Part shown: positions 54,979-64,000 of the stretch, piece by piece
Numbering within the stretch: position 1 is the first letter of the stretch
Layout: each line of letters starts with the position of its first letter
Assembly: GCA_964035575.1 (NCBI GenBank)
Contig: OZ037837.1
Coordinates: forward strand, 992,001-1,056,000
Source of the DNA: Rhynchopus sp. YZ270_cl-10
Lineage: Eukaryota
Direction: 5' to 3'
DNA: 64,000 nt
The notes under the pieces: model-generated
Seen by the model: the letters and a program-made list of their open reading frames with translations, nothing else
Told to the model about the DNA's origin: nothing
The model's database searches: none
Program-made: the position numbers and the translations under genes

Positions 54979-56435
54979 CACATTGTAATAAGCGTTGCTT
55001 TTGTTTTTTCGTGTTCTGCTGTACAGCTTTTCTAGAAGGTAGACTCTGTAAATAAGATTTTTGTTTAGACTAGATACCCAGTTTTTTTTGTCCTTTGTTC
55101 CTCCATCCTGCGTGTGGATGTTCCCAAATCCCCGCACATTGTCCACATGATGCGCTGCGTGATTTTTGTTGTGTGATTTTTTTTTAAAACTTTCAGACCG
55201 TTTTTGTTGGACATCATATCAGTTGCCCAACCTGTGAATAATGTGCCCGCAAAGGGCGACGGCCCCGTCGAAAGACCGGGGTTGTCCCCACAGGAGCGGG
55301 TGCGTAAGCGTTGCCTTTGTTTTTTCGTGTTCTGCTGTACAGCTTTTCTAGAAGGTAGACTCTGTAAATAAGATTTTTGATACCCAGTTTTTTTTGTCCT
55401 TTGTTCCTCCACCCTTCGTGTAGATGTTCCCAGGGGAAACATTCCTTAACACTCAGTGTTAAGGAATGTTTTTTTTTCAGAGACTCTTTTTCAAGGTTGC
55501 TTGGTCACCCTCCCTCCCTCCCCCCCAGGGGTGGGTTTCGGCCATTTTTTTTCAGGTCTCTAAACCTCCATCCTGGTTGTGTTCGGTTCGTTACGTTCGT
55601 TGCGTTCCGAACGTTACGTACACATCGTTGCGGTCCATATGAAGACGGTACTGCTGTACCGGGGTGTATTGACGAACAACGACGAACAACGACGAACAAC
55701 GACGAACAACGACGAACAACGACGAACAAAAAAATTTTTTCCCCCCATGACGAACATCGACGAACATTTTGTTCGTCTGCACACTATGCCTAGGGGGGGG
55801 GGGGTGAGTTAGGGAGCGAAGAAAAGGGGGAAAGAGAAAAAAGAGGGGGAAAAAAAAAAGAGAAGACAGAAATCCTCAGAGATTTCAACGAGAAGGCCGT
55901 CTCTCTCTCTCTCTGTTCTAACACCGTTCCTGTCGTTACGATTGACAGGACTTTCGTTTTTTTTGAAAAATTGTTGGAATAGTGTAGTTGTCACATGCGC
56001 AAGCTCGACTGTTTTTTAAACATAACTCTGCACAGAGAGTGTCTCTATGTCCCAAACCCATATGCTACAAAAAAAACAAAAAACGTAGCTTTTTTTTAGT
56101 CTTCACATTGCTGATGATCAGCTAAGTCAAGACCTTCATACAAAACCCTCTTCAGTTGCAAGCACTGTATGTACCACTCACGGAAAGTCGGAAAGTGCAG
56201 CCCCACGCTTTGCTGGTCATATTCAGCTGTTCATCGCTTTCCCCTGGTGTCTTCTTTTATGCTGCCTATAAGCATCACTGAAGAAGCGCAGCTTTTCTTA
56301 CTTCATTTTAACAGAGTGATGCTGGAAGGGAGAGAGAGTCATTTCGAACAACACCCGTATTTGCATTTTTTTCTTGGAATCCGCCTACAGCGATTTCAAT
56401 ACTCAATTTTTGGGAAAATGTGAGCCCGGTCACAT

Positions 56436-57632
56436 TCAGAGAAGGGAAAGAGCGCATGCCAACAAAAGCATTGAAGGCGTCAGAAGGCTTGACTCTTCAG
56501 CCTGCGTCTTCTCAACCCTGAACCGCACACTGCACTCCGCTGCAGCCCCGACCACCTCCCCTTCCTTCCGAGCCCCCCGGAACACCACTCCCACACTAAA
56601 GCTGTACCCCATATCTGCGTCTGTGAGGTTCAGTTGGACCTGAACTTTCCCAAATCTCCCTACAGGGTCGCCGTTTGCAGTGTTTGTGGCCAATCTTTGA
56701 AACGGAAGACCCCCGGTCACAATATATGTCACCGTCATGTCATCATCATATTGGCCATTAAACTCAATAAAGAGCGAATCGTTGAAGTGATATTTTGCAT
56801 AGGCACGACGTTCTTCGGGTGTACCTGACACCGCAGCGCGGTAGGCGGGGGTGTAAATGGTGACATGCGACTGTTCTGGTGGTGCACGGACAGATGCGAT
56901 GCATATAGGCTTCTTATATGTCTCCTCACAACTGTTGTACATAAACTGTACTGATTCGGCATCCAGATCCGAGAGTACCTTTGTGGTACCTATGGTGTGT
57001 GGCGTGACAATCGTGTCGTGTCCAGTCGTTGTGTAGTCGGTGTGTGAATAATGCATGATAGAGTTATAGTCGTAAGGGCCTATGTCTCTTGCCATGCGTC
57101 CGTTCTTGCCGAATAAATAGGCGCGGTCGCCTGCTTGTTTAAGGTCAACGAAAATGTAGGTATCGCGGTCGTTCCGGCTGTGTTCGTGTCCCAGTCCTAC
57201 TGCATGTCCGATTTCATGGATGACAGTGCCAAGGTCGCAATAGCTTGCCAAAGATATGTTGTTAACCTCGCCGAAGTTGATGCCCGCGAAGGATCGGCAG
57301 CCGCCGCCGTTGTGGAAGTGGACGTAGGGGAGCGTGCAGTGGGGTGGTGTGCATTGGGTGAAGCGGATGCAGGTCTTGGCCTCCCAGTGTGCGATGGCGA
57401 GGTGGATGCGGTCAACAAGCGAGTCTGCGGTGTCTGTGTAGCGTGCGATCACCTCTGGGTCGATGTGGAAGATGACCTCGCCATGTGGCCAGTAGCGTGC
57501 AGGGTCGCCCCAGACTGTGCTGCCGAGTGCTGCTGCATCGCGTGGAGTGTCAGCATCGGTCTGCACAGTATGCGATCGGTCCAGCTGTTGGACCGCCAAC
57601 AGAAGAACAACTGTCTGTGTTGCGATGCACAT
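56436..57632 (-). CDS. Astacin-family (M12A) zinc metalloprotease, probably secreted or GPI-anchored
   Basis: HEIGHAVGLGHEHSRNDRD zinc motif, YDYNSIMHY Met-turn, WEAKTCIRF, N-terminal signal and hydrophobic C-terminus. Confidence 0.93.
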   Translation of the reverse strand: MCIATQTVVLLLAVQQLDRSHTVQTDADTPRDAAALGSTVWGDPARYWPHGEVIFHIDPEVIARYTDTADSLVDRIHLAIAHWEAKTCIRFTQCTPPHCTLPYVHFHNGGGCRSFAGINFGEVNNISLASYCDLGTVIHEIGHAVGLGHEHSRNDRDTYIFVDLKQAGDRAYLFGKNGRMARDIGPYDYNSIMHYSHTDYTTTGHDTIVTPHTIGTTKVLSDLDAESVQFMYNSCEETYKKPICIASVRAPPEQSHVTIYTPAYRAAVSGTPEERRAYAKYHFNDSLFIEFNGQYDDDMTVTYIVTGGLPFQRLATNTANGDPVGRFGKVQVQLNLTDADMGYSFSVGVVFRGARKEGEVVGAAAECSVRFRVEKTQAEESSLLTPSMLLLACALSLL

Positions 57633-58209
57633 TGTGTGTTGTGTGCTTCTGTGTTGTTTTCGTTAACGAATGAAGTTGCATCAAAGTTTGAAATACAAAA
57701 GCCCTCTCGTGAACAGTGCACCTTTGGTACAATGACCACTGTACCTGATATGTCAAATGAGGTGACATCGAAACAAAAAAAAATGGCAGTTCTTCAGGAA
57801 GCCCCTCAACACGTTTTGCAACGGCGTGTCCGGTATAGTGAACCACAGCATAGTGTTGCTGGTGCATGATGTCTGATCGACCAGGTGTAGAACCGCTTGG
57901 CACTACGATGTGTCTGCAAAAGAATGCAAAAAAAAAGGGGGGAGGGAAAGAGTGTGGGGGAATAGTATCTCATCGTTGGCTTTAAATCGTTTGAATTAAT
58001 AATTTGGAGTGGTTGAAGGGAGGTGCTATTTTGAGCTATTTTCTACAATTTTTCTGCTATTTTGGGGGTCGTCGGCCACACCATTAAAACTATGTTCTCT
58101 TTTGATAAATTGTTGGAGTAGTGTAGTTGCCTCGGGTTGTGTTGCCACAGTTGTGCAATCTTCGCTGTTTTTTTTTTTAAAAGGGCGGGTCGCAGGCATT
58201 CTTTAGCAC

Positions 58210-59910
58210 CTAATTGCTCCACCAGAAGCTGCGGGTAATCCCATTTTCTGCGTACATTTCGCAAATCGGCATCTTATACCCTTCCACTGTGAGCGTCCGG
58301 TTCGAGAGCGTCGCCTTGTGGGTACCGTTCCCTATCAAAGCCACACCGTAGCCTGTTTCACCCGAAAACATTTTCCATGATGGGAGCGGGCGGTCTCTAT
58401 CCATAAAAGCTGCCCATTGGTCTCGGACCGCTTTGCCATACGCATTGTCTGTTTCACCTGGCTGGTACGGCAGGGCGCCCCAATAGCTGAAGGAGTCCCA
58501 GGTGTATGTCGCTGCGAAAAGATCGATGGAGTGGAAGGAATAGTTGCAGTCGGCCCCTTCGCGTGGGTGGAAAGGGTGTGATGGGAACTGCTGCATGGAG
58601 AAGACGTATACGGGGCTTGTAAAGGCGGTGCTGTCTGCGGCTATGCGTGCTGTCTGCCACGACCCGCAAAACCCTGTTGCGTCTGCGCCTATGGCATCGT
58701 AGACCAGAGGAGCGTTGCCTAGGGTGTACTCGGATTCATAGTGGGAGTGCCAAATATTCTCCCCAAACGTTTCCCCCCATTCTGCAAAATTCGCGTTTAA
58801 ATACCCCGCAAGCTCGCCCCGTGTAGTAAGGTTCCTCACATCCACGTTTGGCTTAAAATCTGTTTCGAATTGAGTGTTTCCAAGCATAATAGGGAATGGG
58901 TTGACCCCCTTGGAAAGCGCGTCTTGCAAGGTATGTGTTACGAGGTGTCCATCAACGATCATAAGCCCTGCCTCGTTGAAGCCCGCTTTGGAGGGCCCTG
59001 GGAGGCCAAAGTTGTTCCCATCCGCGTCGCCCCAGGAGGAGGGGTAAGCGGCTGTGATGTTCTCTGCGGGGACACCCCGCATGCAGGCAACAACGTCAGC
59101 AGGGCTGGAGGAGGCGCAACCAAACTGAGCGACAAATCTCTCCCCTTGACGTTCCGCCTCCTCCGGAAGCATCGAAATATTCGGCGACCCTGACAACGAA
59201 ATACCCCTCTTCACAAGCCCAGCGGTGCTCGGCGATGCCAGCATGCTGAGCACCACGGTGCCCCCTGTGGACTGTCCAAACACGGTGACGTCATCGGAAA
59301 GACCTCCAAAATGGTGAATATGCTGCTTTACCCATTCCAGGGAACGTTTGCAGTCCATAAGGCCGTAGTTCCCTGAGGTTTTTGTTGTGGAGATGGCAGA
59401 GAGGTCTGTGAAGGACATAAAGCCGATGAGAGCAAGACGGTAGTTCGGGACAACGACAACAACGTTTTGCTCTTGAGAAAAGCGGGTAAAGTCGAATTGA
59501 AAGCTGCCCCCGCTGACACTGCTGCCTCCGTGGAAGTATACCATCACCTTCAATTTCTCTTGTGTTGCGAATTTCGGCGCATAAATGTCAAGGTTCAAGC
59601 AGTCCTCACTCATTTCCGGCCACACCTTGGTGCTCGAACCGAACTGCAGTTGATAGCATCGGTTGTGGTTGTACGTTGCATTGATCCGACCCCCATCACA
59701 GACCTTCCCGTCATACGTCGAAATGCCTTCAGGTTCTGCCCACCTCCGTTCTCCAATGGCGGCATGTGCAAAGGGAATAGACTTAAACTGCGCGACCTCG
59801 GTATACAATTGACTCCACACGCCTTCCACCTTGCATGAGTCCAACTCAATAGAAGGGGGTGCAAGACACACACAGGAGATGGCCGCGCTAAGAAGTAGTA
59901 GTGTTTTCAT
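58210..59910 (-). CDS. Secreted type-B carboxylesterase/cholinesterase-like hydrolase
   Basis: Signal peptide; SEDCLNLDIY, VYFHGG, NYRL...GF, GNYGLMD, VTVFGQSTGG nucleophile elbow, FHSIDL His motif. Confidence 0.93.
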   Translation of the reverse strand: MKTLLLLSAAISCVCLAPPSIELDSCKVEGVWSQLYTEVAQFKSIPFAHAAIGERRWAEPEGISTYDGKVCDGGRINATYNHNRCYQLQFGSSTKVWPEMSEDCLNLDIYAPKFATQEKLKVMVYFHGGSSVSGGSFQFDFTRFSQEQNVVVVVPNYRLALIGFMSFTDLSAISTTKTSGNYGLMDCKRSLEWVKQHIHHFGGLSDDVTVFGQSTGGTVVLSMLASPSTAGLVKRGISLSGSPNISMLPEEAERQGERFVAQFGCASSSPADVVACMRGVPAENITAAYPSSWGDADGNNFGLPGPSKAGFNEAGLMIVDGHLVTHTLQDALSKGVNPFPIMLGNTQFETDFKPNVDVRNLTTRGELAGYLNANFAEWGETFGENIWHSHYESEYTLGNAPLVYDAIGADATGFCGSWQTARIAADSTAFTSPVYVFSMQQFPSHPFHPREGADCNYSFHSIDLFAATYTWDSFSYWGALPYQPGETDNAYGKAVRDQWAAFMDRDRPLPSWKMFSGETGYGVALIGNGTHKATLSNRTLTVEGYKMPICEMYAENGITRSFWWSN

Positions 59911-60565
59911 TTGTTCCGTTTTGTCTTGGTAAAAAAGGGGGCTGGTGGAGAGGGGGAGGAGGGGGGGTTTTTTGTTAATATTTTTTTAAAAAAAGGGGGA
60001 GGAGGGGGGGAGGGCAACAGGCCCTCCTTCAGAAGCAAACGCTGTCTTCGTATGCAGGCCCACATCCCAGCCAGCACAGCCTCACAAGAGTTCCCTCCAC
60101 ACCCCAAGCACCCCAAGCACTCCCTGAGTCCCCCCACCCCCCACCATAAAGGGAAAGCACGCAATCAGTGCATCAGAGCACACAACGGAAGCCACTCGCC
60201 TCCGTCATCACACCTCACACCTCTTCGTGCAAGCTACCAAGAAGACAGTGAAAGACCACGTGGTGTCAACGAGTTCAGGAGTGATGAATTCCAGAAAAAA
60301 AAGGGGGGGTTGGGCGGGGAGGTACGTTGTAATGAATAAGACATGGGTTTTTGTGGGGATTCTTTTTGCAGCACACAGCGTAACATAACACAATGTGGTG
60401 AACGTCTTGCTCAGCACAGCTCTCCTCTCGCACCAAGTAGTAGTCTGTGCCACGGTGAGCAAGACTGTGCCCCTCTTCTTCTCCGAACCAGAGGACGCAG
60501 CAGACACACTGCCAGAGACTCTCCACCTCGGGGAGGTGCTGCCCTGCCACCAACACACCACGTCG

Positions 60566-61477
60566 TCATTGTGCGTGTCTCTGTCGCTTCTGGCTTTGCT
60601 CGGGGGATTCGTCTCTGCTTCGTTTTGGACGTGCTTCAACCACAAGCTCCCTCAGCTTCTTGGCCTTCTTCACTTCGTTGGACACAACACTGCTGCAGCC
60701 GGAAAGGTAAATGCTCGTCAACGAAGTGCAGTCCTCAGCAAAATACGCACCTCCAAAACCGCTAATAATATGCGTCACATTGCTGAGTGGTGACAAATCG
60801 AGGGTGGTTAAGCTGGTGCAGTTCCAAAGGAAGCCCACACCCACCTGCGTCACGTTGCTGAGTGGAGATATATCCAGGATCGTTAAACTCCTGCATCCAA
60901 AAAGAAAGTAGTTCATAATCGACGTCACGTTGCTGAGTGGAGATAAATCCAGGGTCGTTAAGTTGCTGCAGTTCTGAAGGAAGTACGCACCAACCTGCGT
61001 GACATTGCACAACCCAGAGAGGTTGATACTTGTCAACGTTGAACACCCGTAAAGGAAATAGTCACCTATTTCCGTCACACACGAAACAGCACTGAGATCA
61101 AGTGTTGTTAACGATGTGTCTCCCAAGAAGCGATTCGGAATGACAGTCGCAACCTCCGCCTGCAGAAGCAAACACGCCACCACAGGATCCTCCACAGTCT
61201 CCAGCCTCTCTGCAGTGATATCGGTCTCACCCAACGCATAAAGCTCTGCAAGGGCTTCGTACTTCTTCGTCTTCGTGAGGATGATTGTGTCTCCAGCACT
61301 CAGCTGCGTCAAGCCCGCTCCTTCTCCCACCGCTTCGCCTCCGAAACTCATGCAAAAGCCGTCTTCAGCCAACCCCATTGCAGACGCCACCTTCCGCCGC
61401 AAGCCCTCCACTGTGTCATCTGCACCCACCTCGACTGTGTGCTGATTCGTGTCAAAACCCTTGATGTTCAGGTCCAT
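60566..61477 (-). CDS. Ubl-domain + BspA-type LRR protein (about 4 repeats plus cap)
   Basis: MDLNIKGFDTNQHTVEVGADDT Ubl; linker nearly identical to the 7396 gene; C-terminal RPKRSR...KRQR. Confidence 0.85.
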   Translation of the reverse strand: MDLNIKGFDTNQHTVEVGADDTVEGLRRKVASAMGLAEDGFCMSFGGEAVGEGAGLTQLSAGDTIILTKTKKYEALAELYALGETDITAERLETVEDPVVACLLLQAEVATVIPNRFLGDTSLTTLDLSAVSCVTEIGDYFLYGCSTLTSINLSGLCNVTQVGAYFLQNCSNLTTLDLSPLSNVTSIMNYFLFGCRSLTILDISPLSNVTQVGVGFLWNCTSLTTLDLSPLSNVTHIISGFGGAYFAEDCTSLTSIYLSGCSSVVSNEVKKAKKLRELVVEARPKRSRDESPEQSQKRQRHAQ

Positions 61478-62419
61478 GTCTTTGTTGTGGTTTGTGTTCT
61501 GATCTCTGTGTGGTGGTGGGGTGTGGAGGACAACAATCCTGCAGCCCTTTTCAACCTTGCCCAACAAACTGTGGGAAGACGGGAGTTCATAAGAGCAGTA
61601 TCATCCTCAACACAACGCAACAACGGAACAAAACAAGAATGCGACCCCAGCCTTGTATGAGCACACATCATACGTACAACACCTTCGCTTTGCTGTCACT
61701 ACATCGAAGGCACCAGAGCAGTTGCTGTGAATCTGGGAAAGCTCAAAGGGGAGAGTGATGGGGCATTCACATCGCACTTCACACCACCAAGCCCCGGGTA
61801 CGTCATGCCATCGTACGGGAGGTGTTACGCACGCTGCAGCACAACAACGTGCCACCTACATCTCCGCCTTGGTCTCGCCTAAGCAGGCCTGTGTTGTCCT
61901 CTTCTACCCGCAAGACCATTATCTGGAGGACTGGCAGTCAGCGTCCGATGTGTGGAGGGGTGGAGTTAGAATGGCTCGGCCATCACACACAGCCCATCCC
62001 AATCAAAGGAATGTCAAAGTAGTGCCATGCCTGACCCACGGCTGCGCCTTCCACAGAAACGACCCATCAGGGTCTTCTGTAGTCACTTAAACCCAACCCC
62101 CAACTGGGCAGTATTCCGCACAGGAAATACCCACAATGTGATCTCACACAACACTGTGCACCTCCTTCCACACCCAAGGGCAGCCGTACAAAGGTAATGG
62201 CTTCTCCTTGAAGCCCTCAGAAACAAACGCTGTCACCCCTGCCTCCAGCACAGCATCACTCACAAGAGTTCCCTCCACACCCCAAGCACTCCCTGAGTCC
62301 CCCCACCCACACCATGAAGAGACAATACGCCATCAGTGCATCAGAGCACACAACGGAAGCCACTCGCCTCCGTCATCACACCTCACACCTCTTCGTGCAA
62401 GCTACCAAGAAGACAGTTG

Positions 62420-62762
62420 ACCAGAGCGGCACAAACGCGACGTTGCTGCACACTCCAATGCTGCAAGAGGACCTCCGTGCAGTGTGGTCTGCGTGGACAC
62501 ACTCACTCAGCAGGACCCCCGAAGCCCATCTGCGTTGTCTCGGCATACGGAAGAAGCAGTGCGAGGCATTCATCGTCGTTCCCTCTGCAACAGCATCGAA
62601 GGCGACTATTTTGCTGGCGGTGTCTTGGCTGCGCTTCTCAAGCCCCGTCCGCACGGCAGCCGTGTCTCCGTTGCTTGCGGCCTCCACCAAGGCCTCGTCT
62701 GAAAGCTTTCTTCTCTTTGGTGCGTTCTCGCCAGGTGTGCTGTCTGCAGGTCGCTTCGACAT
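62420..62762 (-). pseudogene. Frameshifted ankyrin-repeat gene fragment
   Basis: NLS-like PKRRKL, ALVEAASNGDTAAVRTGL; shifting frame continues as GNDDECLALLLPY and EVLLQHW; runs into a repeat shared with ~60060-60250. Confidence 0.55.
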
Positions 62763-63825
62763 GGTTTTCTAGTTCTCGTGTGTCTGGTGTATGGCGCCGT
62801 GTTCCCTTCGTGTGAATGTACGTGTCAGTGTGAAAGACACGTCACCCACAACTGCAACCACAAGCCCAGCGACACCTCAGGTGCTGCGCCGTGTCTTACC
62901 CACCCATGTGCACAGGGGTATAGTGTACAGACGGCACAACCGCTGCTGCGATCCCACCCCCACCCACTGCCTCTCCCCCTCCTCCCACACACCCCACTGC
63001 CCCTCTACCACTCCCAGGGTAAGTGGGGAGATGTGCACAGCTGCCACCTGCCTGAGGGTCACAGACGGCACAGTGCCATGTCGCGAAAGTGAACCCACAC
63101 ACTGAATAAAAACACCACCCAAGATAGGCACCCCACACCAGCGCACCCCACCCCACCCACCCCAGCAAGAACGCCAAAGGTGCTCTCGTGCTGCAACCAC
63201 GGCAAGCCGAGGTGCCAGACAAATGCACGAAAGCACCCCATGGCTGGGCACGTCCCTGTTCCACCTCATATTCTTTGCTGATCTGTTGGTTCAGTGTAGC
63301 TACCATTCAGGCAGTCTTCACTATGCAGAAAACACCCTCAAGAAAGTCCTCTGATCTGGGGCCATTTGATGCGCTGCAACTACCAGGTTTTGGAAACCGT
63401 CACTCTGAAACAAATGTTAGACTTGGGTAGACCAACGTTTATTACATCAAACCTGGCCGTGAAGAGAGGTAAGGAGTGAGGGTATTCTGTTAAAAAGGGG
63501 CCGTTTTTTGTTTTGCTTTTTAGATGCTTCTTTGGCTTCGCTGTTCTTCACTGTACTTACCCAAACAACCCACCTCCCCTCCCCAAATAAAACCCTTCTT
63601 CAGGAAAAGAAATCGAAACAAAGAATGCGTGAATCCCCCAATGTCGTACCCACCCCGACCCTGTTCCCCTATTACCCCTTCTCGTGGCAAGACCGACAAA
63701 CGAGAGCAAAAACGTAACAACAGTTCACAGAAGCTTCGGACCATGGTACTGCGGGTTGCCTCTGACGCATCGATGCAGATGCGGCTGACTGTGCTCTTGC
63801 CGGTTGCAAACGCACCGGCCTTCTA

Positions 63826-64000
63826 TCATTCTGAGCCTCTCCGTCGCTTGCGGCACTGCTCGGGAGATTCGTCTCTGCTACGTTTCGGACGTGCATCAAC
63901 AAGCTCCTTCAGGTTGCTTTCCTGTACTCGACTCGACACAGCGCTGCTGCAGCCGGAGAGGTGGATGCTCTTCAACGAAGTGTACTCGTCAGCACGTAGC
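63826..64000 (-). CDS. 3' end of another Ubl-LRR paralog (continues beyond the window)
   Basis: Identical to 7396-7555; the downstream flank ~62957-63825 duplicates ~6106-7395 with a deletion. Confidence 0.85.
   Translation of the reverse strand, partial: LRADEYTSLKSIHLSGCSSAVSSRVQESNLKELVDARPKRSRDESPEQCRKRRRGSE

Larger units (their letters stand above)
51212..55792 (+). mobile_element. Second hAT-type transposon with 23-bp TIRs and subterminal 10-bp tandem repeats
   Basis: taggcatagtgtgcagacgaaca / tgttcgtctgcacactatgccta; (gacgaacatc)n at ~51288-51358 and (gacgaacaac)n at ~55671-55727. Confidence 0.88.

Overview
Eukaryotic (protist) nuclear DNA. Intron-poor genes lie almost all on the minus strand, separated by AT-rich, MITE-littered spacers. 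A euglenozoan (diplonemid/kinetoplastid-like) origin is my inference only. Contents: (1) six members of a ubiquitin-like (Ubl) + BspA/TpLRR-type LRR family, three also carrying two B-box zinc fingers and a coiled coil (TRIM-like, no RING), with conserved scaffolds but variable LRR number and surface residues; one copy is cut by a retroelement-like ORF with a catalytically dead RNase H; (2) two identical canonical 9/4 selenocysteine tRNA genes in a duplicated block of shuffled repeat modules joined at a ~75-bp palindromic core; (3) a ~4960-aa CUB + (SPPTP)n mucin/extensin-like membrane protein; (4) a complete hAT transposon with 14-bp TIRs and 8-bp TSD; (5) a second, CGGBP-like hAT element whose transposase 3' end is duplicated as a ~470-bp hairpin, abutting two long foldback palindromes; (6) ordinary genes: NAA10/ARD1, GT34-like glycosyltransferase, astacin, type-B carboxylesterase, a small membrane protein and an ankyrin pseudogene. 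All calls are by eye; no searches were run.
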